Assembly (NCBI GenBank): GCA_019750035.1
Contig: JAIEOZ010000074.1
Coordinates: forward strand, 37,543 to 101,542
Source: Alphaproteobacteria bacterium
Lineage (GTDB): Bacteria; Pseudomonadota; Alphaproteobacteria; UBA9655
DNA length: 64,000 nt
Direction: 5' to 3'
Within the stretch, counting starts at the first letter, position 1. The number at the start of each line of letters is the position of its first letter. A program made the position numbers and the translations under genes. Below, piece by piece: positions 1 through 8,764 of this stretch. The notes beneath the pieces are model-generated. The model made no database searches and was not told where the DNA came from. It worked only from the letters and a program-made list of their open reading frames with translations.

Positions 1-205
1 CAAGTGCATTACAAATATCAACTGAATAACCTTGATGTTTGTTTTCCTCTGCTCCTGGAATGACTGCACTGAAAGGTGCTGCACTTACTCTACTTCCAAT
101 AACTAACTCTTTAGTGTCATTAATCTTGCTTGTAACCTGTCCTGCAAATGAAGTTGCTGCTGTCAAAGTTAAAGCAATAGATAAAGCGATATTTTTTAAT
201 TTCAT
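1..205 (-). CDS. N-terminal fragment (68 codons, runs off the window) of a periplasmic solute-binding protein, family-3 amino-acid ABC transporter type
   Basis: Own translation from ATG at 205: MKLKNIALSIALTLTAATSFAGQVTSKINDTKELVIGSRVSAAPFSAVIPG..HQGYSVDICNAL. Signal peptide followed by an SBP_bac_3-like block. RBS AAGGAG. Absent from the ORF track because it is truncated. Confidence 0.5.
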   Translation of the reverse strand, partial: MKLKNIALSIALTLTAATSFAGQVTSKINDTKELVIGSRVSAAPFSAVIPGAEENKHQGYSVDICNAL

Positions 206-223
206 AATTTCTCCTTGATTGTC

Positions 224-257
224 TTATATATATACAAAAATTTAATAAAGAAATCAA
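224..257 (-). promoter_or_regulatory. 22-bp-box promoter, copy 1 (drives the truncated SBP-like gene)
   Basis: Minus strand reads TTGATT-N17-TATATA. The 22-mer TTATATATATACAAAAATTTAA (224-245) is identical in all three copies. Confidence 0.6.
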
Positions 258-266
258 TAGTAAAAA

Positions 267-294
267 TTGATTTTCTTAAAATAAATGATATATT
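267..294 (+). promoter_or_regulatory. ardC promoter
   Basis: TTGATT-N16-TATATT, with TG at the extended -10 position. Confidence 0.55.
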
Positions 295-318
295 TTATTT
301 ATTACAGGAGAAAAAGAA

Positions 319-1602
319 ATGGCTTACAAAAAAGAATATGAAAAAAAAGACCATGAAGAAGAAGCAATCAAAAAGATAAATGAAAGATATGCCCCAATGC
401 TTCGTGACTATATTAAGAACATAGAAGAAGCTGAAGCTAAAAATGAAAAGTTTGAAAAACCTTGGCTCACTATTGGTAGTCCAGCAATGAATCCAGTGAC
501 AGGAACTGTTTATGGTGGAATTAATATGTTCCTTCTTGATAGTTCAAAAAACAATCGTGGTGACAATCGTTGGTTTACCTTCAACAATCTGAAAATGATT
601 GAAGATAAAAGAGTTGGTATTTTGAATGATAAAGAAAAGTTAGAAGAGTACAAAACTTCTAATAAATATAATCAACAAACATACAAAGAAATGTTTGCAA
701 AATTGGATGAAAGAATTACTGAACTTGAAGACTTTGGATTGAATGACATTAATAAACCAATGCATGTTAAAAAAGATTCCAAGGGTGAAGCTGTCTATAA
801 AGCTATTCAAGCATTCGGTTCAGGTGGTAAATCAGCTTCAGAAGGTGCTGATGTAGAAATGGAAGGCACTGACGAAAAAGGGGCTTCTGTGAAGTCCTGG
901 TGGAAGCATCAGTATGCAGGAACTGTGTTTAATGCATGTCAGGTAGAGAACATATCACCACTTCAAGATAGAGGTGTCATACACAACCCTATTCAATCTG
1001 CTGAAGAACATGTTCAAGCAATGGTTGCAAAAACAGGACTAAGAATTGAAGAAGGAAATTCTGATAAAGCTTATTTCAAGCCTTCAGAAAATTTGATTGT
1101 TATGCCTGCAAAATCCTCATTTAAAGACATTACTTCTTACTATGACACTTTGCTTCATGAAATAGCACATTCAACAGGTGAAGCTCTTGGCCGTATTAAA
1201 GGCAAAGTGTTTGGTGATGACTTATATGCTCGTGAAGAACTGACTGCTGAACTTACCAGTGTCATGATGTCAAGAGAATTGGGTGTTCCTCACAATCCAA
1301 TGTGTGACAAAAATCATGCCCTTTATTTAAAATCTTGGTTAGGTGCTATAGACGGTACAGGTGATAGGAAAAATGAAAAATTTCTTATGCAATCTATGAG
1401 TCAGGCTACTCGTTCAGTTGCCTATCAAATGGGTATCAATATGGAACATAAAGCTGAACAATCCCTTGAAAAATCTAAACAACAAGAAGTGGTTCAAGTT
1501 GTAGAAAAGCCTAAAGCTGTTGAGAAGGTAGCTGAAGTAAAAGCCACTGTTGAACAACCTAAGAAAATTCAAAAGAAAAATGAAATTGAATGCACTATGT
1601 AA
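319..1602 (+). CDS. ardC: ArdC-type antirestriction protein (ssDNA-binding N-domain plus zincin-like C-domain)
   Basis: 427 aa. The N-terminal block KPWL..NPVTGTVYGGINMFLL..WFTFNNL fits ArdC_N/DUF1738. C-terminal LLHEIAHSTGE is followed by YAREELTAELTSVMM. RBS AGGAG. Confidence 0.85.
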   Translation: MAYKKEYEKKDHEEEAIKKINERYAPMLRDYIKNIEEAEAKNEKFEKPWLTIGSPAMNPVTGTVYGGINMFLLDSSKNNRGDNRWFTFNNLKMIEDKRVGILNDKEKLEEYKTSNKYNQQTYKEMFAKLDERITELEDFGLNDINKPMHVKKDSKGEAVYKAIQAFGSGGKSASEGADVEMEGTDEKGASVKSWWKHQYAGTVFNACQVENISPLQDRGVIHNPIQSAEEHVQAMVAKTGLRIEEGNSDKAYFKPSENLIVMPAKSSFKDITSYYDTLLHEIAHSTGEALGRIKGKVFGDDLYAREELTAELTSVMMSRELGVPHNPMCDKNHALYLKSWLGAIDGTGDRKNEKFLMQSMSQATRSVAYQMGINMEHKAEQSLEKSKQQEVVQVVEKPKAVEKVAEVKATVEQPKKIQKKNEIECTM

Positions 1603-1610
1603 AAAACAAA

Positions 1611-1627
1611 ATCCCCAAATTGGGGAT
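1611..1627. terminator. bidirectional intrinsic terminator
   Basis: ATCCCCA-aat-TGGGGAT, flanked by A and T runs, between convergent genes. Confidence 0.75.
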
Positions 1628-1631
1628 TTTT

Positions 1632-1970
1632 TTATTTGTGGTTAAGTTGTTTTTCAAACCTGATTTTTCTACATCGTGTGTAAGTAAGTAAAACATTATT
1701 ATAAGAAGTCTCATTTGGAATGAATCCTAATTTAGCCGCTGCTGCTTGAATTGCAATACCAACTATTTTTCTATTTGGTGAGAATTCATAGAGTCCTGTT
1801 TTTTTATTTTGATAGCAGTAAAAAGAACTGAATTCATTTTTGTCAGATTCCTTTACCTTCAATAATTGAACTCCATGAGTAGCTTCTGTTCTTGAAAAAT
1901 AACCGTCCACCATTCTTAGAACTTTTCTCTCAAACTCTGTAAGTGCTTTTAATAAATCATTTTCTTCCAT
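1632..1970 (-). CDS. hypothetical protein
   Basis: 112-aa ORF, last gene of a minus-strand run. Shares the bidirectional terminator at 1611-1627 with ardC. Confidence 0.55.
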   Translation of the reverse strand: MEENDLLKALTEFERKVLRMVDGYFSRTEATHGVQLLKVKESDKNEFSSFYCYQNKKTGLYEFSPNRKIVGIAIQAAAAKLGFIPNETSYNNVLLTYTRCRKIRFEKQLNHK

Positions 1971-1972
1971 TT

Positions 1973-2539
1973 TTAATTTCCTTTCTTTTTAAATTCGTAT
2001 GCTAATTGCTGTGATTGGTCTTTCTGCAAACCTTTTGGAACTGCTGTTTCAACATCCTTATTTCTGAACTTGTTTATTTTTTCTATCATTTCTGCACCAA
2101 GTTTATTAATGAAACTAGGATTAACAGAAACAACAGTGCTCCAAAACTTCTCACTATTTTTTAGATAGTCAGGAAAATGTTTGAATAATTCATCATCGGC
2201 AACAGAGATATAAGCCAAAACACCTTTTTTACATTTATCTTCGTCACTCATAAAGACAAATGATTTTCTGTTATTAAACAAACATGCTGAAATGAAGTCT
2301 GCACTTTTTATTTCTTCAGGAACATGAAGAAAGTTGTATGAATTATTTCTGACTGCATACAATGAAATAATAGGGTCATGCTTAAATTCTTCACTTAAAG
2401 ATAAGTAATTGAAATAGGACTCCATTCTTTCAAAGTATCTTGCATCCTCATGAAGCAACTCATTTTCAGCAACATGATTTCTCAAGTCATCAGAAGTGAA
2501 TTCTAATAATTTTAATTTTCTTTCTTGAACTTCTTCCAT
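1973..2539 (-). CDS. hypothetical protein (weak DUF4116-like repeat pattern)
   Basis: 188 aa, separated by 2 nt from each neighbouring ORF. No secure motif. Confidence 0.55.
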   Translation of the reverse strand: MEEVQERKLKLLEFTSDDLRNHVAENELLHEDARYFERMESYFNYLSLSEEFKHDPIISLYAVRNNSYNFLHVPEEIKSADFISACLFNNRKSFVFMSDEDKCKKGVLAYISVADDELFKHFPDYLKNSEKFWSTVVSVNPSFINKLGAEMIEKINKFRNKDVETAVPKGLQKDQSQQLAYEFKKKGN

Positions 2540-2541
2540 AA

Positions 2542-2835
2542 TTACACTCCTTCTTTGAAAATTACATTTTCTTTTCTTCTTTTCAAAACTTCATAAATAC
2601 TGAAAATTGGAACTGTTAACAATAAAGCCTGAGCTAATAAAAGCAATTTACCCTCTATTCCAAAATACTCAAATATTCCTAGTATTTCAAATATTATGGC
2701 AATTGCAATCTCTGACTTCATAATAAAAGCAAACTCTTCTTTCTTTTTTACATTTTGACGATTTAAAATCAACCAAAATGGAATTGAAACTGCAATGTAT
2801 GCAAAACCAATTCCTAACAACCATAAGTTATTCAT
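2542..2835 (-). CDS. small integral membrane protein
   Basis: 97 aa with about 3 hydrophobic helices. Own promoter at 2860-2887. Confidence 0.55.
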   Translation of the reverse strand: MNNLWLLGIGFAYIAVSIPFWLILNRQNVKKKEEFAFIMKSEIAIAIIFEILGIFEYFGIEGKLLLLAQALLLTVPIFSIYEVLKRRKENVIFKEGV

Positions 2836-2859
2836 TTGTTCTTCTCCTAATATTTAACT

Positions 2860-2887
2860 AATATACGAAAATTAAAAATCAAATCAA
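2860..2887 (-). promoter_or_regulatory. sigma-70-type promoter
   Basis: TTGATT-N16 (ending TTTCG)-TATATT. Confidence 0.55.
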
Positions 2888-2902
2888 GTGACTACAGAAA
2901 CT

Positions 2903-2922
2903 AAAAAAGCCCTTTCGGGCTT
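2903..2922 (-). terminator. intrinsic terminator
   Basis: GCCC-tttc-GGGC with a T run on the minus strand. Confidence 0.6.
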
Positions 2923-2924
2923 AT

Positions 2925-3947
2925 TTATTGTGCAAGTGCTTGTTCATTCTGATTTTGTTTTGGCTGTTGTGCTTGATTTGTATTTGCCTGTGGTTTGGTA
3001 TAGGCACTAGCAATTTTGTTTGCTCTTCCATTTTCATCATAAGCAAAATATTTCATTACACCTGGTTTAATAACTTCACTGTTACCCTCTTTTTTGAAAT
3101 CAGTATCAGACAAACCAAGTCTTGCTTTTACTACTTCATATCTTTGTGCAGGAACTTCATAATCTCCTTTTTTAAAATCAAGAATTTTATTGGTTTCAAG
3201 TTTTCTTAAAATTATTTGGTCTTGTGGAATATTTGGATTGGTGTCTTTTGCTACTACAAAATATTTCCCAACTGCTACTATTTCACCTTTAAAAAATCCT
3301 CCATTTCTCCATTGTGATTTTCCATCTTCATCTCTGAATTCTGTTTTTGGAATTCCTCTACTGTTAATTTTTTTACCTAACATAGCTTCTTCATTCACTG
3401 CAAAGTGTGCAGTCATGTCTAAATTAGCAATTTCGTCATTAATATCTTTTAATGTCACTCTAGTTTGATTAATTTTTCTACTGACTTCTCTTTGTCCTTC
3501 AACACCTTTAACAGCATCAAATGGAATAGCTATTGTGACATTCTGAACTTTTTGTTCTTTATTTTCACTTTTTGAATAACCAATAATTACACCTTCTTTT
3601 GATTTTCCTGCAAGGTCAAAATGTGCATCATAAAAATTTGGTAAAGTAATTTCATATCTACCTTCTTTCTCATTTTTTACAACATTAACACCTTCTTTTT
3701 CACCAAGCATGATTGGTTCATGTTTAGCTTCTACTTTTTGAGAAGTAGCTTTTTTTACTTTCTCTTTTATATCTGCCACACCTTCAGTTAACAAGTTTTG
3801 TTCTTGCTGGTGGTCTGATATTGCAGCAACTACTTTTTTAACAGTTCCTTTTAATTCAGATACACCTTCAGTTAATAACTTTTGTTCTTGTTGATGGTCA
3901 GATATTGCAGCAACCACTTTTTTAATTGTGTCTTTTACTTTTGGCAT
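2925..3947 (-). CDS. hypothetical protein with a tandem 28-aa N-terminal repeat
   Basis: 340 aa. KKVVAAISDHQQEQ.LLTEGV occurs twice (84-bp DNA repeat at 3778-3945). Q/N-rich C-terminus. RBS AGGAG. Confidence 0.65.
   Translation of the reverse strand: MPKVKDTIKKVVAAISDHQQEQKLLTEGVSELKGTVKKVVAAISDHQQEQNLLTEGVADIKEKVKKATSQKVEAKHEPIMLGEKEGVNVVKNEKEGRYEITLPNFYDAHFDLAGKSKEGVIIGYSKSENKEQKVQNVTIAIPFDAVKGVEGQREVSRKINQTRVTLKDINDEIANLDMTAHFAVNEEAMLGKKINSRGIPKTEFRDEDGKSQWRNGGFFKGEIVAVGKYFVVAKDTNPNIPQDQIILRKLETNKILDFKKGDYEVPAQRYEVVKARLGLSDTDFKKEGNSEVIKPGVMKYFAYDENGRANKIASAYTKPQANTNQAQQPKQNQNEQALAQ
3778..3945 (-). repeat. two imperfect tandem 84-bp coding repeats
   Basis: ACACCTTCAGTTAA.AA.TTTTGTTCTTG.TG.TGGTC.GATATTGCAGCAAC.ACTTTTTTAA occurs at 3778 and again at 3862. 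Confidence 0.8.
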
Positions 3948-4010
3948 TTTAATTCTCCTATTATTATATTAATAATTAATATATTGCCGAAAGCTAAAGT
4001 CAACAAAAAA

Positions 4011-4024
4011 GCCCCTTTCGGGGC
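4011..4024 (-). terminator. intrinsic terminator
   Basis: GCCCC-tttc-GGGGC with a T run on the minus strand, after the 787-aa gene. Confidence 0.7.
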
Positions 4025-4044
4025 TTCTTTTTTTACTTCTTTAT

Positions 4045-6408
4045 TTATTCTAAAATATTTCCATTTTCATCAATACCTCTCATTTTGCAAACATCAGTTC
4101 TAAAATACCCTGCTCTTTTTATTTGAACGACTGCAAAACCTCTATTGGAAATTTTTTCATAATCAGCATGGGTCAATACATTTACAGGTGTATCACCAAC
4201 CTGGAAGAAGGTAGCCATTAATCCATCATTATCATTTTTCTGAGCAACCCTGAAAGCAAACAAAGTATCTTGAATGAAGTTTCTCTTGAATTTACCCAAC
4301 AATGACATACTTCCTAATTGTGACATTGCTTTAGCTTCAGGGTGATTCACATCAAACTCTGCACTACCTGAAAGTATATTTGCAGACAAATTGAAATCAA
4401 TTGGTTGTCCTGATTTATTGCTACTTCTAATTAAGTTTGTTTTTCCACAAGCTTCAATCAAAGCTTCTGTAGATTCTTTATCATCCACAAAATACCAAAC
4501 TTTATTAGAAAACTGTGCCTTGAAAGTTTCTTTTAAATCTTTACCTAATTTCAACATTAAACCTGATTCAGTTTGTGTAGAAATAATGTATGCAAAACCC
4601 AAGCTTCTTGTAATTGCTGCTTTATCCACAATGAATTCAGTAAGAACATCTTGTGCTTCGTCACATATAAAATAAACCTGTTTTTGATTTGGGTCTTTTC
4701 TCCAACCTTTTTTTCTTTTCTCAATCTCTTTTAGAACTCTAGCAATTATAAATCTTAAGATAAGAACACCAGCTTTAGCATATTTCTTATCAATGGTAAT
4801 ACCAATCTTTTTACCAAGTAAAACATTAGTCACTAATGTGTCACTTTTTACTGAAGCTGCCCAACCTAATAAATCTTCTGATTGAGTAAGTAAGCTATTC
4901 CATGTATCAACAGTGAATTCAACAGAAGAATTTATTTTATCTTTACCTGCATTTCCTTTATTTTTAATATAGGAAACACATTGTTCAATATATGCTGCTC
5001 TGTTTGTTGGTTTACCTTTTTTATCAACTTCACCATATTTTGCATGGCACTCTAAAATCTGAACAATCTGATGTTTAGATTTTGACTCAGGGTCAGGAGT
5101 CTCAAGGATTTGAACACCAATATTTTTGTAAGTTATGAATGACTCGTCATAACCGTATATCTCAGAAAAACCACTCCAAGGTTTGTCTGTAGATTCTGCA
5201 AAATGCTTCAATACACCTTGTTTAACATGTGCAGGATTAGCCATCTCTATGATTAAGTCCTGGATAGCACCTGCATAGTACAAGTTCAATCCACCTGCAC
5301 TATCCCAAATGTCTTTCTTGGCATTAGCTGAACCTGTTACTGTCAAGATTTGCTCTGCTCTTTCTTCAGGACTCAATCCTTCCAATATTGCAAAGTTTTT
5401 GGTTCTCTCTACAGAAATAATTTCGTCCAAAATGCCATTAGGATTTTCTGCACTTTTAACACCTAATTCTTCAGCAAGCATTTGCTTTCCATCTACTACA
5501 AGCATTCCACAATCTGTATCTGCAAGTTGGTCTGCAACACTTCTTATAAAGGTAGTTTTACCAAAACCTGATTTTCCAAGAACTTGTAAATGTCCTTCTT
5601 GAATATCATAAGCAGTAGCAATCATTTTGTTACCCGCAACTGGTGAATTGCTCTTACCGTTGAATCTCAAACGACCTGTTGTAGTTCCAAAAATAATTGG
5701 TTTGGATTTATCTCTAATTGCTGCATCAATTTGAAGAATTTTTTCGTTGTCTGTAAAGAAGGATGCATGAGTAAAACCTAATGTATGACTATGTTTAAAT
5801 TCTTGGTCTACTAATGCTCTTGCATAATTAATATTGATAGTTTCATTACACAAGTACATATAGATAACAGGACTCATAAATGCAAACAACATTCCGAAAA
5901 ATTGAGCTTCCGGTTTCATGTGAGAAAAGTATGCTGAACATGCAACACCTCCAATCCATACAAACGGCTTTATGAATGCTTTAAACTGAAATCCTTTTAG
6001 TCCATTAATTAAAAAATAAGTTATACCAATCATTGAAAGTGCAACCATAAGTGGTATATACATAAAGCTCATATCACCACCATTTGATACTAATCGTTGA
6101 GGTATTCCACTCATCAATGCAATATTCAATAATAAATTGAACAACATAACGAATAGTGGATAGAACAAAGTTTGTGTCATAACAAAACTGTCACTCAACA
6201 ACATCATTCCTGAGAATTTTTTACCTGATGCAGTAAAGATTGTTCTATCAAGTGGCTCTCTTAAATCCTGTGGCACATGTGGACCATTTAATGCTCTAGA
6301 ACCACTTGTTAATTCATTCGCCCATGCCATAGCTTCTGTATGTGCCTTCTTTGGATTCAACAATAATCCTAAAAATCTCCAACCAATTTCTTTTCCTAAA
6401 ATTTTCAT
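4045..6408 (-). CDS. type IV coupling protein-family ATPase (TrwB/TraD/DotL-like), multi-TM N-terminus
   Basis: 787 aa. Several N-terminal TM helices. Walker A LQVLGKSGFGKTTF. Walker B VYFICDEAQD. Follows a membrane-protein gene, in the same order as dotM-dotL. Confidence 0.7.
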   Translation of the reverse strand: MKILGKEIGWRFLGLLLNPKKAHTEAMAWANELTSGSRALNGPHVPQDLREPLDRTIFTASGKKFSGMMLLSDSFVMTQTLFYPLFVMLFNLLLNIALMSGIPQRLVSNGGDMSFMYIPLMVALSMIGITYFLINGLKGFQFKAFIKPFVWIGGVACSAYFSHMKPEAQFFGMLFAFMSPVIYMYLCNETININYARALVDQEFKHSHTLGFTHASFFTDNEKILQIDAAIRDKSKPIIFGTTTGRLRFNGKSNSPVAGNKMIATAYDIQEGHLQVLGKSGFGKTTFIRSVADQLADTDCGMLVVDGKQMLAEELGVKSAENPNGILDEIISVERTKNFAILEGLSPEERAEQILTVTGSANAKKDIWDSAGGLNLYYAGAIQDLIIEMANPAHVKQGVLKHFAESTDKPWSGFSEIYGYDESFITYKNIGVQILETPDPESKSKHQIVQILECHAKYGEVDKKGKPTNRAAYIEQCVSYIKNKGNAGKDKINSSVEFTVDTWNSLLTQSEDLLGWAASVKSDTLVTNVLLGKKIGITIDKKYAKAGVLILRFIIARVLKEIEKRKKGWRKDPNQKQVYFICDEAQDVLTEFIVDKAAITRSLGFAYIISTQTESGLMLKLGKDLKETFKAQFSNKVWYFVDDKESTEALIEACGKTNLIRSSNKSGQPIDFNLSANILSGSAEFDVNHPEAKAMSQLGSMSLLGKFKRNFIQDTLFAFRVAQKNDNDGLMATFFQVGDTPVNVLTHADYEKISNRGFAVVQIKRAGYFRTDVCKMRGIDENGNILE

Positions 6409-6432
6409 AATATTTTTCCTTTAGTTTAGTTT

Positions 6433-7503
6433 TTATAATTTGCCTAACTGCTCATTTACTTTCTGCTGTATTGCTACTGCATCACTCTGTTGAATGATTC
6501 CGTCAGCAACAAGCTTCTTAATTACAGGTGTGTCCTCTGAAATGACATCTACTAGCTTTTTAACTTGTGAATCGTAATCAGCACCCAAGTCTTGCTTGTT
6601 ATCCAAAATAGTCTTCACAAGTGGCTCTAATTCGCTGTTTAAGAACACATTGAGTTTGCTTGCTACTGCTGTTTTATTTGAGTCATAAGCACTAACTAAA
6701 TTTTTATTGTTGTTAGCCAATGAATTTAAAATTGCACTGACATTGGTAACTGCAACATCATGTTTAGCACCTGCCATTACTTTTTCTGCTTCAGCTTTCT
6801 TCTGCTTGTCCAGGTAGAGCCCATGACCATACTGTCCAACCATTAATGCAATAGTTGAGAAAATAAGGGCTTGTTTTATTCTTCCAAAGAAAGGCACTCT
6901 GTTTTGTAAAACACCTTTAAATAAGGTGAAAACGATTGAAGAAATAAACAATATGAAAGTTGTTTTTCCTAATGGACTCATACCAATGAAAGACCTAACT
7001 CCAAAAATGGAAAATACCAAAGCTACTACTCCACCAATTGCAAGACCAAACAATCTATCAACAAATTGATTTCTGTAAATTTTCATTTTTTGAGTGGTAG
7101 CAAATATTAAATTCTTATTTGTTTCTTTAGCTCTTGATTGAGATTTCATGATGGGTAAACAAAGATTCTTGTCTCTATCAGTCCACCAAGCCCATTTTGC
7201 AAGCAACAATGAATCAGATGTTGCAACCAAAGTTGTAGCAAGAAATTCCATGAATTTTGATTGAGGACTCAAAAATTCAAAATGTGCTTCGTTGTATGTC
7301 TTTTCTGCCCACTTCTTATAAAGCATTTCTGAATCAAGTTCTTGTAATTTATCCAATTCAGAAATTCTTTTAAATGCTTCCTTAGCTTCCTTTTCTAAAT
7401 CAATCTTTTTCTCTAGCTCTTCTTCTGCAAGAAGTTCATCAATAATGTCTTCGTTATCAATAATAACTTCTGCTTTATTAAATTTATCTTTTAGTGAATT
7501 CAT
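6433..7503 (-). CDS. membrane protein, possible T4CP partner (DotM/IcmP-like position only)
   Basis: 356 aa. Coiled-coil N-terminus, 3 central TM helices, directly upstream of the 787-aa ATPase gene. Confidence 0.5.
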   Translation of the reverse strand: MNSLKDKFNKAEVIIDNEDIIDELLAEEELEKKIDLEKEAKEAFKRISELDKLQELDSEMLYKKWAEKTYNEAHFEFLSPQSKFMEFLATTLVATSDSLLLAKWAWWTDRDKNLCLPIMKSQSRAKETNKNLIFATTQKMKIYRNQFVDRLFGLAIGGVVALVFSIFGVRSFIGMSPLGKTTFILFISSIVFTLFKGVLQNRVPFFGRIKQALIFSTIALMVGQYGHGLYLDKQKKAEAEKVMAGAKHDVAVTNVSAILNSLANNNKNLVSAYDSNKTAVASKLNVFLNSELEPLVKTILDNKQDLGADYDSQVKKLVDVISEDTPVIKKLVADGIIQQSDAVAIQQKVNEQLGKL

Positions 7504-7532
7504 AATATCTCCTGTAGTTTTTATTTTTTAAA

Positions 7533-7910
7533 TTACTTATTGAACTCATCCAAGTCACCAAAAGGATTATCAATATCTTCAGTCTTTGATTTGGTAGCTG
7601 CTGTGGTTGTAGATACAGGTTTCACATCATCAGAAAAATTGTAAAAGCCATGTTCATTTAATTTCAATACAAGTTCATGTTTGAAATCCATACATGCTTT
7701 TCTTTCTGATTTATTTGTATCTTCAAATTTTTTACCTTTAACTTTTACTGATACTCGAAAGTTTCCATCTTTATTTGAATAAATAGAAACTGTATAACCT
7801 TTAAACTTTTTATCATTGAAATAAATACCGTTATATTTTTCAAGATATACACAATCTTCTTTGTGTGCTACAAGCTCAACTACTAAATCACCTAAATTAT
7901 TTAATTCCAT
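7533..7910 (-). CDS. hypothetical protein, C-terminal NPFGD motif
   Basis: 125 aa. RBS AGGAG. First gene downstream of the 22-bp box promoter at 7954-7987. Confidence 0.6.
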   Translation of the reverse strand: MELNNLGDLVVELVAHKEDCVYLEKYNGIYFNDKKFKGYTVSIYSNKDGNFRVSVKVKGKKFEDTNKSERKACMDFKHELVLKLNEHGFYNFSDDVKPVSTTTAATKSKTEDIDNPFGDLDEFNK

Positions 7911-7924
7911 TTTTATATCTCCTA

Positions 7925-7952
7925 TTGATTAATTTAATTATTTTCATATACT
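7925..7952 (+). promoter_or_regulatory. promoter of 8006-8734, back to back with 22-bp box copy 2
   Basis: TTGATT-N16-TATACT. Confidence 0.5.
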
Positions 7953-7953
7953 C

Positions 7954-7987
7954 TTATATATATACAAAAATTTAATTATTAAGTCAA
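7954..7987 (-). promoter_or_regulatory. 22-bp-box promoter, copy 2 (drives the 7910-to-4045 operon)
   Basis: Minus strand reads TTGACT-N17-TATATA. Exact 22-mer at 7954-7975. Confidence 0.6.
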
Positions 7988-8005
7988 CAAACAGGAGAAC
8001 AATAA

Positions 8006-8734
8006 ATGAATGAATTAGATAAAAAGTTTCAAGATATTTTATTAACGGATGATAAGATTGGTTATATTGTTTCTCAATTACCAAATATTGAAACACAAAA
8101 CGCATTCTTGAATTACCTAAAAACTTCAGGGACAAAAGGCAATAAGGATTTAGAATACATGTTTGTTCTTTACTACCTTAATGCAACTTCTATTAATGAA
8201 TTCGTAGAATTAATAAGAAGTCTAATGGACAACCTTGATTTAAAGGTTGATATGATTGATTCAAAAATGAATGAACTCGAAGCAAAACTTGAAGAGTTTG
8301 GCTTTACATTTGAATTAAGCGTAAAAGGAACTATTGATGAAGGAATCACAAAGATTGTTCATCATATAAATTCACTTTCTAACTATGTTATTGAACTATC
8401 TGAAAAGCAATCTATATCAGAAGAAGAAGTTCTTTCAAAAGCTGCTAATCATGCAACTAAATTGATTGATAATGTTTTCAAAGGTGTTGACGAAAGAATG
8501 GATACAAAATTTCTTGGGCTTGATGCAAGAATCGATGAGGCTGTTGCTGTAGTTTTAGCAAAAAGAGTTCCTGAATCATCTGTTCCTGCAATAAATTCAA
8601 CTTATAAAAGAGTAAAAGCATTGGGTGAAAAAACAGGTTGGGAACCAAAAGAGGTAATTAGAAATGTTGTTATTAATGGCTCTACCATGTTGGGTGTTCT
8701 TCTTATCTACCATTTCATTACAAAATTCATATAA
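8006..8734 (+). CDS. hypothetical coiled-coil protein with C-terminal TM anchor
   Basis: 242 aa. RBS CAGGAG. Promoter TTGATT-N16-TATACT at 7925-7952. Confidence 0.6.
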   Translation: MNELDKKFQDILLTDDKIGYIVSQLPNIETQNAFLNYLKTSGTKGNKDLEYMFVLYYLNATSINEFVELIRSLMDNLDLKVDMIDSKMNELEAKLEEFGFTFELSVKGTIDEGITKIVHHINSLSNYVIELSEKQSISEEEVLSKAANHATKLIDNVFKGVDERMDTKFLGLDARIDEAVAVVLAKRVPESSVPAINSTYKRVKALGEKTGWEPKEVIRNVVINGSTMLGVLLIYHFITKFI

Positions 8735-8741
8735 TAAAAAA

Positions 8742-8755
8742 GCCCCTTTCGGGGC
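8742..8755. terminator. bidirectional intrinsic terminator
   Basis: GCCCC-tttc-GGGGC between convergent genes. Confidence 0.75.
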
Positions 8756-8764
8756 TTTTCTTAT

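Noticed and set aside
2928-3468. Plus-strand ORFs 2928-3209 and 3190-3468, antisense to the 340-aa gene.
   Set aside because: They lie entirely within a better minus-strand ORF that has an RBS. Their products are Phe/Cys/Ile-rich low-complexity sequences typical of antisense frames in AT-rich DNA. The same reasoning applies to 3882-4103, 4391-4675, 5309-5602, 9988-10176, 10023-10346, 11179-11400, 16747-16998, 19740-19976, 37306-37563, 38114-38305, 41412-41597, 41933-42187, 42815-43018, 53152-53439, 53979-54191, 54088-54285, the plus-strand ORFs inside res and mod, 62689-62955, 63661-63864 and 63732-63938.
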